A DNA stretch of 64,000 nt from the human T2T-CHM13v2.0 reference genome, Homo sapiens. Below the pieces are notes generated by a model that was not told where the DNA came from, ran no database searches, and saw nothing but the letters and a program-made list of their open reading frames with translations. Shown here in pieces: positions 27,461 to 43,018 of this stretch. The position numbers were made by a program, and so were the translations under genes. Every line of letters starts with the position of its first letter. The first letter of the stretch is position 1. The DNA lies in NCBI RefSeq assembly GCF_009914755.1, contig NC_060928.1. The stretch is one strand, 5' to 3'.

Positions 27461-27578
27461 ACTTCTTTGTCTTAGTAAGTTTGAGGGGCAATTTATCAAT
27501 TTGTACTCTTATACAGTGTTGGTGGGAATGTAAGGAATAGTACACATAAGCAATGGTAAAATTTGGCAAAAAAATCCC

Positions 27579-27619
<41 letters not shown>
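27579..27619. repeat. (TA)n(CA)15 compound microsatellite
   Basis: Read directly from the sequence. Confidence 0.95.
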
Positions 27620-27621
<2 letters not shown>

Positions 27622-28388
27622 CATATATGGCATAGCACAAGAATGTGCAATTCACAGAATATATATTATATAGCAACAAAATATGGAAAGAGGTCAATTA
27701 TTATATATGTGTAGAAATACACACAGCACTGTTTAACACAGCTTTAAGTGTAAGAACAAAGCCCATAAGATGTTCATTTCTTCAATATTTAGTAAATATA
27801 TCAAACATTTTCTGTACACAAAGCACATTTGAAAGCTTGAAACTTAAAATCTAACTAGTTTCTAAAATACCTTAAAAAATACTGTGGCATGGAAGCTAGT
27901 GTTCTTTTGGAATTTTCATTTTCGATTTATATGTGTTTTCTGAAAACAACAGAACACATACAACACCTCTCCCTGCCGTATTGTTGTATTAAGCAATGTT
28001 GGGATTGATGTGAAGATTAAATCTTCATGTCTGCCTTTATCTGTCTCCTACTTTTACATGTTTGACCTGTGAATTGAACTGATTTTGTTTACTTCTATTC
28101 TTTTATCTCTTTTATTTGTGATAAATTTTCAATATTAATTTACCTAAAGGAGGTATCTTATTTGTAATTGAAATCTCAACCATAGCAGTAAGATGTGGAT
28201 TTATTCTGAGGATGATAAAATGGCCTAAATTAATGTGGCAATGGATTCCAGCAGTTTTTCTGTTTTAAGTTTGAAAAACTTTGTAAGTCTTACTTCTTGA
28301 TGATCAGAGAGGTTGTTGTGGGTTTTGTGTGGCACTTCTCTCCCTTAAGGGATCTGACTGATAGAATCGACGTTTAAAGAAAAGTACA

Positions 28389-28546
28389 TGTGTGTGTATA
28401 TACATATTATATATAATATAATATATATTATATGTTATATAGTATGTATTATATATAATATAATATATATGTTATATCGTATGTATTATATATAATATAT
28501 ATTATATGTTATATATATTATGTATTATATATATTATATACATGAT
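28389..28546. repeat. TA-rich low-complexity array, left part
   Basis: Degenerate tatata/tattata/tgtta repeats. Confidence 0.95.
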
Positions 28547-28853
28547 AATAATTTGCAAGGAGTGTCAACATAATAAAGCTTTAGTGCAGCATCCTAGAGA
28601 TATTTGCAGATTAACACCTTGTTTGCTAATTGTGTCAGTGCTCAACTTAAGTTGCAAAATATGAATGTAAAGAGTATGAGAGTCTTGCAGATGGGATTGT
28701 TAAAGCAAACATCTGCACATATGTTTCAGCTTCAGCTCATAGAAATAAGGCTTCTACTGTCTCTCCATATGGAAAATCATTGAAGAGAGCATATTTGTCC
28801 CCTCTCTTGCTGGCCCACTTTTCACTCCTATCTACTCCTATAACCAGAAAAAT
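28547..28853 (+). repeat. Long inverted repeat, left arm
   Basis: Reverse complement of 29653-29957; 28561-28714 matches 29786-29939 perfectly over 154 bp. Confidence 0.97.
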
Positions 28854-29177
28854 TATGTATATTATATATATTATATATTATATGAGATATATAATATGTA
28901 TATATAATATGTTACATATTATAACATATAATATGTTACATATTATAACATATAATATGTTACATATTATAACATATAATATGTATATATAATATGTTAT
29001 ATATTATAATATATAATATGTATTATATATTATATAATATGTATTGTATATTATATGTATATATATACATATATGTATTATATATTATATATAATATGTA
29101 TTATATATACTATATGCATATGTATTATATGTATTATATATTATATATAATATGTATATACACACACATATATATAA
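28854..29177. repeat. TA-rich array, right part, with 24-bp palindromic minisatellite (atataatatgttacatattataac x3+)
   Basis: Read directly; the repeated units lie at about 28902-28985. Confidence 0.95.
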
Positions 29178-29250
29178 AGCAGCTCTTTTGAGTATATGTT
29201 CAAGTGTGCTATACCTCTCCATCCAGTGCTCTCTTACAAATGCTGGATTT

Positions 29251-29319
29251 GGGACTTCCTGTCTTAACCTGGGATCCCACATTAGGGACTTCCTCTCTTG
29301 ACCTGGGATCCGCACATTT
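29251..29319. repeat. 34-bp tandem duplication
   Basis: gggacttcctgtcttaacctgggatcccacatta followed by gggacttcctctcttgacctgggatccgcacatt. Confidence 0.9.
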
Positions 29320-29652
29320 CAGATTGCCTGTAGAGCTTTTCCAGCCTTTAAGACAAACTCTGAATCCATGAATTGAGCCAGTTGCTGGAAAGCTAAAATC
29401 CTATCTCTGTCAAAGTGGAGCAGAGAGACAAAGGTGAGTCCACAAAAACAGATTTTCTTACCTCAGAGTGATGTGAAGGACAAGGTGGCTCCAGTGTCTA
29501 AACTCTGGGAGTGAGAGAATAGCGAAGAACGGCCCCTGAATCCAGTAAGTTAAAGAAACGGCAGTGCTAGCCTGGTTCCTGCTTTTGAGGCACAGTAGCC
29601 CTGCCCATTATTAGCAAATGAACCCAGCTCTTGTCAATTGGATCAGGAACTC

Positions 29653-29957
29653 ATTTTTCTGGGAGTAGATAGGAGTGAAAAGCAGGCCAGCAAGAGAGGG
29701 GACAAAAATGCTCTCTTCAATGATTTTCCATATGGAGAGACAGTAGAAGGCTTATTTCTATGAGCTGAAGCTAAAACATATGTGGAGATGTTTGCTTTAA
29801 CAATCCCATCTGCAAGACTCTCATACTCTTTACATTCATATTTTGCAACTTAAGTTGAGCACTGACACAATTAGCAAACAAGGTGTTAATCTGCAAATAT
29901 CTCTAGGATGCTGCACTAAAGCTTTATTATGTTGACACTTACTCCTTCCAAATTATT
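29653..29957 (-). repeat. Long inverted repeat, right arm
   Basis: Reverse complement of 28547-28853, with about 7 substitutions and 2 small indels. Confidence 0.97.
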
Positions 29958-30144
29958 TTTAATTACAGCAATAGTAAGAATGGACAATGGAAACCCTAAC
30001 TGCATTGTTTTAGTTAATTAAACATGGGTCTCCCAGTTGTGTTTTTGTTACTTGTTGCATGCAGGTAACTATAGGTTAGATGCTTTGGGAACATAAATAT
30101 GAATATGATGGACTGTAGCTACAGAAAGATCATAATACAATACA

Positions 30145-30345
30145 ATTATTGAGCATGAAGCTTTGAAATTATACTGCCTGAGTTTGGGTATTTGTTGTCC
30201 CACTTAATGTCTCTACACTTCAGTTTCTTTAGCTATAAAATGGGGACGATAATAAGGTTATATAAAGATTAAATTAGATAGTATATATAAAGCATTTGGC
30301 ATAGTGCCTGGAACTTGGTAAGTATTCAAAAAATGTTTGTTACTA
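30145..30345 (+). mobile_element. MIR SINE
   Basis: cttcagtttctttagctataaaatggggacgataataa...aagcatttggcatagtgcctggaac. Confidence 0.75.
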
Positions 30346-31200
30346 TGGTAATGACGACTGTACTGTGACTGCTACCACTATCGGATAGTGGATGAATTAC
30401 TCAACATTGACTTCCAAATCACCCTTCTGAGGAATAGAGCCGTAAATGTTACCTACGGTAAAAGTTGTCATGTGACTCTACTGTCCTGCCCACAACTGAT
30501 TGAACTGGCAGTTGGTACCTACAACCAATGATTCTGAGTTATCGTGTTGACATACTTTTGAATAGTAGAACTTTTGCCAACCTCAGAGAGACTGAAGTCT
30601 ATTCACAGTTATAGCACCAGTGACTGGCTCACCTTGGGCACCATGTGGCTGGGTAATTATTTGTGATACTCATTCCACCTTTGTGCTCATGAGTCACGGT
30701 TCCAGTACTGAACTGAAACTAGTCTATGTCTTCCTCACAGTCACCTACACCCAGAATATCCCATAGCCTACCCATGCAGTTTAATGATTTAACCCACAGG
30801 CATTGCCTTAATAATATGTTTTGCAGTTGTGCCTGCAGACTTGAGAGTGACTGACCATCACAGGGGGGATTATTTGCCTTCTATCTGAGAGCTGCCACTT
30901 CCTCTAGGAAAGTCATGTATTACAATGGATCCCAGTGCTTGTGTATGTGTACATGGGATGGAATGGGAATGAATGTGTCAGAATTACCTTCACTCCCAGC
31001 AAGACATCCTGAAAATACCACGTGGGTAAGCCAGTGATTTATTCCATTATGACTTTTATATTTCCCCTTATTAAGGTTCAAGATTATTCGTAACATGGGA
31101 AGTATAATTGCACAGACAGGTAGAGATTTTGGAGTCTTTATTGTTTAGTATATAGCTAGGCCACTGAAATATCGAGATCCTATAAGAGTGTGGCTTAAAA

Positions 31201-32647
<1,447 letters not shown>

Positions 32648-33077
32648 AAGACTGTGGCTTAAAAATAAGGAATTTTATTTCTTTTTCACACTAGAGTTCC
32701 AACATGACAGGGAAACCATTTTCTTTATGTACATTTAAGGACTCAGTTTTGCTCAAAGTCATTTTTCTGACATACCCTAGGGAACTGTCATCATCTGCAT
32801 GGTCTATGCTGGGTCACCACCATGTCTGTGTTCAGGCTCGTGGAAGGAGGAATAAGAAAGTGAAAATGACAAGCTTGATGCTAGGAGGGAAGCCTATATA
32901 GGCCAGTCCCAGAAGTGGCAAAGACCACTTCCCTTCAGTTCCACTGGTGGGGACCTAGTTCATGGCTGCTCTTCAATGGAGAGAGGCTGAGAATGGTAGG
33001 TACTCTAACTGCACAGCCATGTGTCCTAGATGAAGAGGAGAAGGGGTTTTTGGAGGGTAACCTCCAGTCTCACCACA
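32648..33077. mobile_element. LTR33-like ERVL LTR (target of the L1 insertion)
   Basis: gtggcttaaaaataaggaattttatttc...cctagttcatggctgc...gagaggctgagaatg...ccagtctcaccaca resembles recalled LTR33. Confidence 0.55.
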
Positions 33078-33469
33078 GAGGCCTTGTTGAGAAACATGAG
33101 ATGTACAACTGTATTATCAAACATTAACTGTGACCAGGAGACACTAAGAAAATACCTATTCTCACTGAGTTTTTGGGAAAAAGCTTGTGATTTCCAAAGA
33201 TTATAACTTTATACTCAATTAATATACTTACATATACACATATTCATAAATATATTTTGAATAAATTCTCAGAGATGATATTGCAAGACATATACTGTAA
33301 ATGTGGGACATGATGTGACACACTATAACAGTTGCTGTACTATAAGGACTTTAGATTTATGATTTGGGATACCTGAGATTTAGTGCTGTCACTGCCATTA
33401 AATGGGTAACTTTGTCCAATGTGTTTAACATTTCTGGGTCTCACTGCCCAAGATATCTTAAGTTTTAAC

Positions 33470-34020
33470 AGTACAGTCCTGTCCTGTTGATTCTACCTCT
33501 ATAATAGATCTTAACAGCATCCATTCTTCTGGTCATAATTCCTTCCAGAGTTTATAATCCAACTTCTTTTCCTTCTCTAGCCCCACTGAGGTTATTCCTC
33601 CCAGGTTGATCCCACTGATGTTCTTCCAGTCCCTAGACCTCTCTAAACGCTTCTTGCTCATGACCTCTGCATCTGGTAGTCTCTCTGACTGCCCCTTGGT
33701 CTTCTCTCTTTTGTGTGGCCATTTCCTTCTCATCCTTCAGGTCTCAGCTTTGATGTCTCTTCTTTAGAGGAACTTCTCCTACCACTCTGTCTAAAGTTTT
33801 TTAGTTTATCTCAAACTCAGTTTATTTCTTCAACCATACTTGGTATTGTCTTTTGTATCTATTTATTTGTTTTCTTTCTGTTCCCCTCATTGCACTATTA
33901 ACTTCACTGAACTATTAAGGTAATGGGATATATCTGTATTTTTCATCCTTTTAATCCTATCACCTGGCACAGTGCCCTGCACCTAGCTGGTGCTCAGTAA
34001 ATATATGTTGAATAAATTAA
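33470..34020 (+). mobile_element. L2 3' end
   Basis: catccttcaggtctcagctttgatgtctcttctttagagg...cctggcacagtgccctgcacctagctggtgctcagtaaatatatgttgaataaat. Confidence 0.8.
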
Positions 34021-37000
34021 TACAGGAATTTAGAAATGTGTGGTCTAAATAGGTAAGTACATTATTTAATGTAATTAAAAAATTCATACTTCTTCAAAAT
34101 TTTATGGAAAAACTTAAAAAAATCAGCGAACCTTATTTTGAAACAAATATTTCATAATATGAATTTCTCTCTATTAATTGTGTTTCTTTTTAATTTTAGA
34201 TTTACTATCCTATCTATCTTTAAATGTTCTTTGATTTGAATACTTCTGCAATCCAGTTAAGATGGAAGGTTTGGGGGAGAGAACTCACTATACTTAGGCT
34301 ATCATTTTGTTTTGTATAATTTTAATCATGACAGTCTTTATCAAATCCATGTCTATTTAAATATTTATTTTCTTTTGCATATGTTGGGATGGAATATGTT
34401 GTTTTAATTAGCGGCACCGCTTTCTTGTTGCTAAATGTATTGCTCTGGCATTTGACGAAAAGCAAAACAGAATCAACACAGTGTAATCTATGGAAAGGGA
34501 ACTGAATCTCACTGCACATAGTATTTCATCAGCTGTAGGTTAAGGGATAGTCTATCCAGTAAAGAATGTATATAGCAACTATACCTCTATACTCCATGAC
34601 AGTCAGAGCTGCCATTTCTGGTTCTCAGAAGAAACTTTTTTATTTGACTTGGATCAGCCTACAGCTAGATGACAATAACATAAAATAAAGTTGAAGAAAA
34701 AAACAGTTGTTAAATAAATCCATTACTTTAACGAGCTCTCCTTCTGTATGTTTTATAAGGGGAATATCAAACTTTTTAGACTCTAATGAGAGTTTATCAC
34801 ATAAATGTACACTGAATAAAAAGAATCATGCAGTTGTGTCAGAAAAAGTAGCAAAGGCCTTTTTATGAGAGCTGACTTGTAATATGTATATATGTTACTG
34901 GCTAATTTGATTATGGTAAATCATCATTGTATTTTATTTATTAACTTATGATTTCACAGTTGCCGGCTGAGTTCCCTTTAACAAACTCCATATTTATTGA
35001 ATTCCCTCTATGCACAAGGTATAATGGGCATTTATTTTTTCAGATAGGCAATCATCTTAGTCACATTATTGTGAAATATATGAGTACTATATAATTATCT
35101 TCAAAAGGAAATCCTGAATATTTAATATTAATATTTAATGTCATTAAAGTCAAATTTATCTCTATTGCCTGTCTTTTTTTTTTTTTCTAAAGCAGAGCAA
35201 TTGAAAGCTGAAAGGTGAAAAGGAGTGGGAAAAGCTGGTTCACCATGGCTCAAACACAGCTCAAACTTTACCCAGCAATGAGCTTTCTATTGGCTTGACT
35301 TGGAAAATACAATTTATATGTGTCATGTAAAAGGGGAAATGATACATCAGAACTTTATTATAACACTATTCTCTCTAAAGTGTAATTTAGCACAAGATAT
35401 GACTTGTAAAAGTTACCACTAAAACTCTATCAAAACATCATTGTTTTATATCTGTGAGATATAAAATATCCCTGAAATCAGGAAGCCTTCCCACAGATTT
35501 ACAGATTAACTCTAAACTTTAGATCTTTTTTCTCTTTTTTAGTACATACATGCGTGTCACTAAAATGTCTGTATATAACATGTGAAATATTGTTACTCAA
35601 GAAATTTCTTAAGAGCAGGTTAATTTTATAAGACAATGGCCTTATGTTTCTACGTATAAAATATCTACAGGCCTTCTCTGCTAAAATCCCAGTTTTGTTT
35701 AGTTCCAAGTAATGTGATAGAAGGGTCTATTATAAAACTATTTGCAAATGTGGAAGCCGTAGATTTTACTATGGATTTAAGAAGGGAGCTTACTTTAAGA
35801 TTTTCTGGCATAGGGTGTTTTTTTTTCCCTTAAAAAAAACCATATTTAGGAAAGTAAATAGGGAGACAAAGGCTAAGAAAACAAAAATTATTTAAGATTT
35901 TAGGCTGTACAAATAAAATTGTAGAAACAAAATTATTAAAAATAGCTTACTGACCAAATTCAGCTGAGATTTACAGCCACACCCCACATCATCATAGTAT
36001 CATATTGGTAATTGTAACATTCTTTTCATATGAAAAAAAATCAAGCACGTGTAAAGTTATCCTAATTGAAAAACATTTCAGGACAATATGTTTATTACTT
36101 CTTATTCATGTACATTTTCAATTACAGCCCAAATTTATACACATGTTGCTTGCAAAATGCCATTTGGATATAATATGGTAAATTTTAAAAACCACAAAAT
36201 CCTTAGCTTTATAACACATTCACAGTAAGTATAAACCTAAGCTATGGCTTAGTATGTACCACTGCTACCTCTGGGAAAAAAAAATAAAAGTGTTGGGGAA
36301 TTTTTATGCAATGGATTCAGTTAGCTCAATTTTTATTGAAGATAGCATTAAAAAATCCATAGTTAAGCAATCATTACTATAATAGTGATTGTTTTTCTAA
36401 GTGTTGAGAGTTTGGGCTGAGAGAGAGTGTATTTGAAGACATCTAAAAGATGTTTCCTCCTCTCTGGAAATTATATACTTATGTAGTTGTTTTTGGTTGA
36501 CTTTTATTGTACAATTACATATTTATTTTAATTATTGTGTAGTTATATATATATATATATATGCTTCTCTTTCTTATGTGTATATAAATGAGGGAATATT
36601 ATAATCACTCTTTTCTGAATCATTTCCTCTTTACTGACTAGATGGTAGGTACCTCTGGGCCTCCTAATAAATGGAAACAAGGGGGAATAATACACATCAA
36701 GTCAGTGTGGAATTTGGAGAAAACTTATAGTTCTAAATGCTTGTCAACATCATCATGAAAATGTTAACTGTGTGGCCATTGCATGTGATGCATTGCTGCC
36801 TCACTTATAACTTCTAGAACTCTATAGTTGCTCACCAACCACATCCACACAGACTGACATAAAAGGTATACACCCGACAGCATAAGCACATAGTGAGAAA
36901 ATAAAAGAAATAATAAAAACCTACACAGTAGCCTGGTGTATCACTATTGGGTGGTAACTGAGAGTCTGTGAAAAGTGTTTCATGTTTAGTCAGGGTGAGG

Positions 37001-40000
37001 CCAGGAGGAGCTTGTCAATGCCTTTCAGTTGTCTAGAAAGACTTCATGGAGACAGAGATTTTTAAGAAGGGAGTGAAGTCATTAAGTTTGCAGAGAAAGA
37101 GTATGTTAGGTGTAAGGTATGTGGTCATGAAGATGGCTTATTATTATTAGAGTAAGAAGATTAAATAAGGAAGGCAAAGGGTAGATTTGCTTCCTGGGAG
37201 TGGCGTATAAAAACACAATGATATGTTTTCATGAGCTAATGCAAGCAAAAGCGATTGATGAGCAGAAAAATAACCTCAGCAAAAGTGTCAAGAATCAAAT
37301 AGAGAGAAGTGTACCTGAGTGGGAGAGAGTCAGCTGATATTGTCTAGCTCATAGGATTGAGAAGAGATATTTGAGGTGTGAAGAAAGTTGGGACAGGGGT
37401 TAGAAATGTCGGGATGTACACTGAAGTAGCTTGAATATGAAACAAGTAAGAGAGGAACAAAAACTCAAGGGGAAAACATGTGTACTGAAATATTCCTTAT
37501 ACATAGAGGGAATTTTTATCAAAAGCTGTGCATTCATATGATTTGGTCTTTGAGGAATTAATTTTAAAGAACTGTTAAAATGTGTTCTTTGTGATCCAGT
37601 GTAGGCCACGGGGAATTGATAATGTTCCTAGAAGTTGTAATCAGCTCAATTGAGTAAAGACCCTTTACCCTAGGACCATATCCATTATCATAGCCCAAAA
37701 CACCTCCAAGTGCCCATTGGCCATTTGGCCCAGTTCTAGGTACTGTGTAGCCAAGCTTTTGGGACACAGTTTTCAAAAGCAGATCAAAATATTTTTGAGG
37801 CATAGCAATCATCTAATCTGCCTGAAGAATTATGTTACCGTGAAAAGTGATGTCTTAAACCCATAAATTTGCGATGTTAGAATGAGTCATTTTTTATATC
37901 CTTTACAAGCGAAAAAGTACTCAGGCCTGTTGACAAAGCAAAGAAATGGTGTCAAAAATAATTTTAAAACCTTTTGACCTATAAGGTTTAAAAGAATTAG
38001 GCACAGATTCTTTGCTTTAAGCCTCTTGGTGACAAGAAATATGGTACTCTGCCAGACTGTTTGATTGACAGTAGCGTTTGTAGTTTCAGCTGCTAATACA
38101 GTATGCTTCTTGTATATTCTGGGTGGGTAAATATAGAAGACTATTTGTCACCTGGGTTGATGGATTACAAATAAGTAAGACAATGTGTTTAGGATTCTGA
38201 AGCATAAATGAAAAGTCAAAAACCTTATATTATTTACAATATAACGTTTATGCTTTCAGATTTGTTATCCCTATTACATCAATAAAAATGGTTGGGTTTT
38301 AAAATAAGCATGCAACTCATTTTTAACCATCTCTTTTCATTACATAGTTATTTGCTGCAAGATAGTATCAATTAAGCATAGAAAAAAACTGATTAGAATG
38401 AAGAACTTATTATAGATAGCTGCATTTATTTTTAAAGATCATGATTCAAGTATCTTAAAATTTTTCCACTCATAGGACCTATGACTAATGACATGTTTCT
38501 CCACCCATGAAAAGCTGGTTGTTTTCAGTACCTAATTAATGTTCAAGCTTATTGTACACACTTATGCTTAGAACGGTGGCATTTCTGAAAAATCTTCTTG
38601 GTCAACAGCCCTCTAATAATATTGATTTCTCTTTGTACAACATTTTGAATTTGCTAAGGTGTTACAAGTAGTATAACATAATTTCAAAATGATATCGTGA
38701 ATGGCTCAGTAATTAATATTTTCAAAGAACCGTGCTATTCAAGATGAAAAGATTATTAAGGTGATATTACTGGGTCTTTGGATTTAGAAAGAAAATTTGC
38801 TTTGGAAAGCACATTATCACCTTTCAGGACAAGAAGCAAAATTGGCATTTTTAGCATGCTACTCTTATCTTTATTTGCTGATAAAGAAAGAATCCAGAGT
38901 TTTTCAAAACTTTAAATAAAAGCCTATGGTGAGGTTCACATTACCCAATGTTTAAAGAAGAAATAAAAACTCCAGACATAAAAGGATGGGAACAAAATAG
39001 AAACAATAGTCTTGACATTTTATTTTAGAGCTTTTAAAAAATATTACTATTCAAAACAAAACTCAACATATGAAGTCTATTTGCTTTCATCTACATAATT
39101 AATACAGAATTATACTGAAGTACATGGAAGTGTAAAAGCTAATGTTCTTTAACTTCATGTCATAACACTATCATTTCATAATGGATATTCAGCTTCTTTT
39201 TGAGTAGGTTTTCTTTTGATGTCTATGTTTGAAGACCACATATGCTAAATGGGAGGAAACACACTTAATTCTTATTGTTATAACTTGTGGTTTGGTTTAG
39301 AGAATTGTGAAGAGGCAAACAGCATTTTCTTGTGAATCTCTGTTATGAGATAATTGTTACTTAAAACTAGCTGCATTTGACTGTATGTGCTATCAGAATA
39401 ATGGGACAAGTCAGCTTAAGTTGTATTAAGTAAATTATAATTCAATACTTTAAAATATATAGTATTTAAAAAATCAATACTATATAAATTAGAACTCTAT
39501 GCCAATAGTACACTCTTGGTTAAATACAACAGTTAAAAATTCTTTCCATGTGAATTTATCTTTCTTTATAAATTGTTTCTATGTGCTACAAAAATTCTTT
39601 TATATTTTTTTCCACAAGCATAGAACCATAATCCAGACAGGAATTGTTAATTGCTACATTATTGAATATCAGTTTGGTTACTGACATGCTCAGAGAAATG
39701 TTAGATTAGTTTATAAGCTTAAGTTGGATGGCTGACAATAAATTCTCTGTATATCTTGTTAAAATTTGAAACCAGAGGCTTTAAGTTGTATGTTAGGATT
39801 TCAAACTAATGAGATCAAACCAGAATAGCTAATAAACTCAGATATCAACTTCTTATTTTGTTTCTTAGAAAAAACAGTGATTAGGTATTACAATGTTAAA
39901 GATCTTACAGTCTAGTCTCTTTACTATATGGATAAAGAAATGGAGGTGTGAGGTAAGGAAGTACTGTGATGAAGGTAACATAACAGTGAGTGGGGCAATG

Positions 40001-41774
40001 GAACTCAAAAGCAATGCTGCTTTTACTACACAACATGGCTACTAATGGACCAGGATAATTTAACCTAGTATTTCCTGGAACTCTGTAGTCAGGATTCCCT
40101 GATTCTCTTCGCAGAAATACTACACTATATGTTGCTTACAGATAATAGTATTTTGGGGATACAACAATAACAACAAAAAGAATTTTTAATTGAAAAAGCA
40201 CAATTTGTAGATCTTTAGCAGACACAGAACATGGACACCAAAGGAACCACCTCTGTCTTTGCTCTTGACACATTTATGGTAGAAAGAGTGGAGGGGGGGC
40301 TATGAGGCATTTCCAGCTGCATTCACTCTTTAATCTTACAGGAGATTAAAATACAAAGTATTTCTCTTATTTTTGCTCATGGAGATGCTTTTAAGAAGTT
40401 AAAAATTGATGATGTTTCATATTTGTGTAGCGCTTATTGTCTAAATAATTTGAAAACACTTAAGCACCATTCGATTTCATAGTTTCCAACAATTTGACAC
40501 GACTCTGAGAGAAAGCACTGAGCAGCCTAGCCAGTCTCGGGGTGAACACCCACAGAACAAGTTTTCCAATTTAGGTAAAAATTTAGCCTCCTAGGAATCT
40601 ACCAAATGAAGCGCAAGGACAATTATATGAGGTATAAATTAAAGCTTGTGTACCCAATTAGGAAGACCTCTTGTTAGTGTTATTGTTAGTGCTTCTTGAA
40701 AACATAGAAATTCCCATTGCTTTACTCATGAGTTTGTTTGTGTTTTGAATGTGATGTGTTAACTATTAAAATATGAGGTGTGAAATATTGTTATACAAAT
40801 GTAAATGATTACAATTTTAATATAATACCTTTAAAGTATTGTCAGGTAGGGTTAAATTAATTCACTTGTGGGTAGTGGTGAATCTAGAGCCAGCCTGTGC
40901 CTCTAGATTTCTAGTTCATTATCCTCTTAAGTTCCAAGTTAGGCGCACTTTATGACACACACAGAAATTAGAAGATGTTTGCAGGTTTAGAAGCTGAAGA
41001 AAATGAGGGGACATTATATGGAATGTAAATAAGGACATGAAAAAGAATTGTAAAAGTCAACCAAGAGCTCTGATACTAAATTCATTGAGGACACTGATAC
41101 CCATTGTCATGAATGGTGACACTGGCACTATAAAAATCATTTTATGTATAAGAATGACTGTGACAAAGTTTTAATTTTTGAAAATATAGTTGTATAAGGT
41201 TTCTCATGTCTGGTATTTTAGCTTTTGGTTTGAGAATTATTTTAAAAGAATATAGGACAATTTAGTTACTGGATTGGTATTCAAACTACTGGACTTACTC
41301 AATATTCTTCCATCAAAATCAAATCCAAAAGAACAGAGATTTATTCTCATATCTAATAGGAATCTAGTAGACAATGCTAAAATTAGTGAACTAAGTAAGG
41401 TGAATCAAAGTTAGAACCCAAATTATGTTCAATGCAAGCAAAGCTTTACTTATTGCTTTTGGTAAGTACAATTCAATGTGATAATGTATGTCAATTAATT
41501 GAAGCAGTCTGATAGATGAGCTTCTGGTAAATGTACCCAATTTTATATGAGAGACTCAGGGTTTTACGGACTGTCAAAGTAAGACTTAGTAAGAAATGCA
41601 TCGTGATTAAATGAGTATACGATGTGTGAAGAATGTTTACACCAGTACAAGGAAACCTAGTTGGTCATCTGCTAGAAAGTCAAATTGGCAGTGGTTGTTT
41701 CTAATGTATCTTTTTCTTGTGTGATGTGTCATATGTATAATGATTGCATTTTAGATAAAGTGAATGGATCTATC

Positions 41775-41990
41775 AAACATTTATCAGACTCCTTCACTGT
41801 AAGGTGCTGTGGAGGTGCCTCATTTAAACCACCATAGTTAAACCTCAAAGAGCAGCCCTATGGATCTGGCAATTTTATTCTCAACTTCATTTTAGAGGTG
41901 AGGAAATTAAAGCAAAGACAACTTAAGTAATTTTTCCAAGGTTCTAAGACTGTGCTCAAAGACAGGATTTTAATTCCACTGTCTTTTTTC
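41775..41990 (-). mobile_element. MIR SINE
   Basis: ttcattttagaggtgaggaaattaaagcaaaga...ttaagtaatttttccaaggtt is the antisense MIR core. Confidence 0.7.
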
Positions 41991-43018
41991 TTTCTATCAC
42001 ATCACACAGTGGTTGCAACTTGCTTTTCTGTAAATGTAATGAAGGAAACATCGCAGACCTTGTATAAAACTCATCTACAGATTCTTTGGTAGTTAGGTCT
42101 TTTTAGTGCTGCTTTGATAATGAATTCTGGTAAAAAAAATTCTTTTATAATAATAAAATGTTTTTAAAAATCCTCCTTGAATTTTCTGAAGTGCAATAGC
42201 AGATAACGCAGCTGTGAATGATAAAAATACCTCACTGCACTGTTTCTATTTGTCATTGCTCAGCTGAAGAGAAACAGGGCCAACTGCGACCATAACTGAG
42301 AGACTTCTGAAAGTTATTTTCCAATTTTAATCTACCATATATTCAGTGGTTACTTTGTGCCAGCTAGTAAGCCAGTTAGACACTGTGTATTCATTTTTTA
42401 AAAAGTAGTGTAGCTTTATTATTTTCTGGTTTTGCCATTTGAAAAATTATTCTCCCCCCTCCCCGCCTACATCAGGCCATCTTCCTCTCACACCACTGAA
42501 TCAGGGAAGAATCTGCTACCGAACAGTAGTATTTACTGACCAAGAGATAACTGTACCTCATTTTGAAGGTGATTCCTCTTTCTACCTAAACTGTATTAGT
42601 ATTTTTAAATCTTCAGGTAGTGTATATCGGAATCACTAGTGAACTTGTAAAAAGGCATATTTTTAAGCACCACCTAAGTATTTTAAATCACTACATTTTA
42701 AATAGCATCCCAGTTTACTGCATGTAAAGAAGGCTTCCCTCTTGAAGGAAAGGCATCTTTTCCACAAACAGAATCTAGAGACCAGTTGGGGATCCTAGTG
42801 GGAGGATTGTTTGGAACAGAAGCATCCCGAGAATCGTAACTTTATAGGCTTTCCACCTCCAGAATTATGCTTTTCTTTTTCTTTTCCTTATCTATTCATT
42901 TATTTATTCATCCATTCTTCAGGCATTTATGATTTGCTGGCAACAATGGATAAGAAGCAGTCTTGGCAAATAAGGAGCTCACAGTCTAGCAGGGAGACAT
43001 ACACATCATTCCTAAAAA

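Noticed and set aside
28780-29191. ORFs with repeated YNMLHIIT
   Set aside because: Translation of the 24-bp TA-rich minisatellite.
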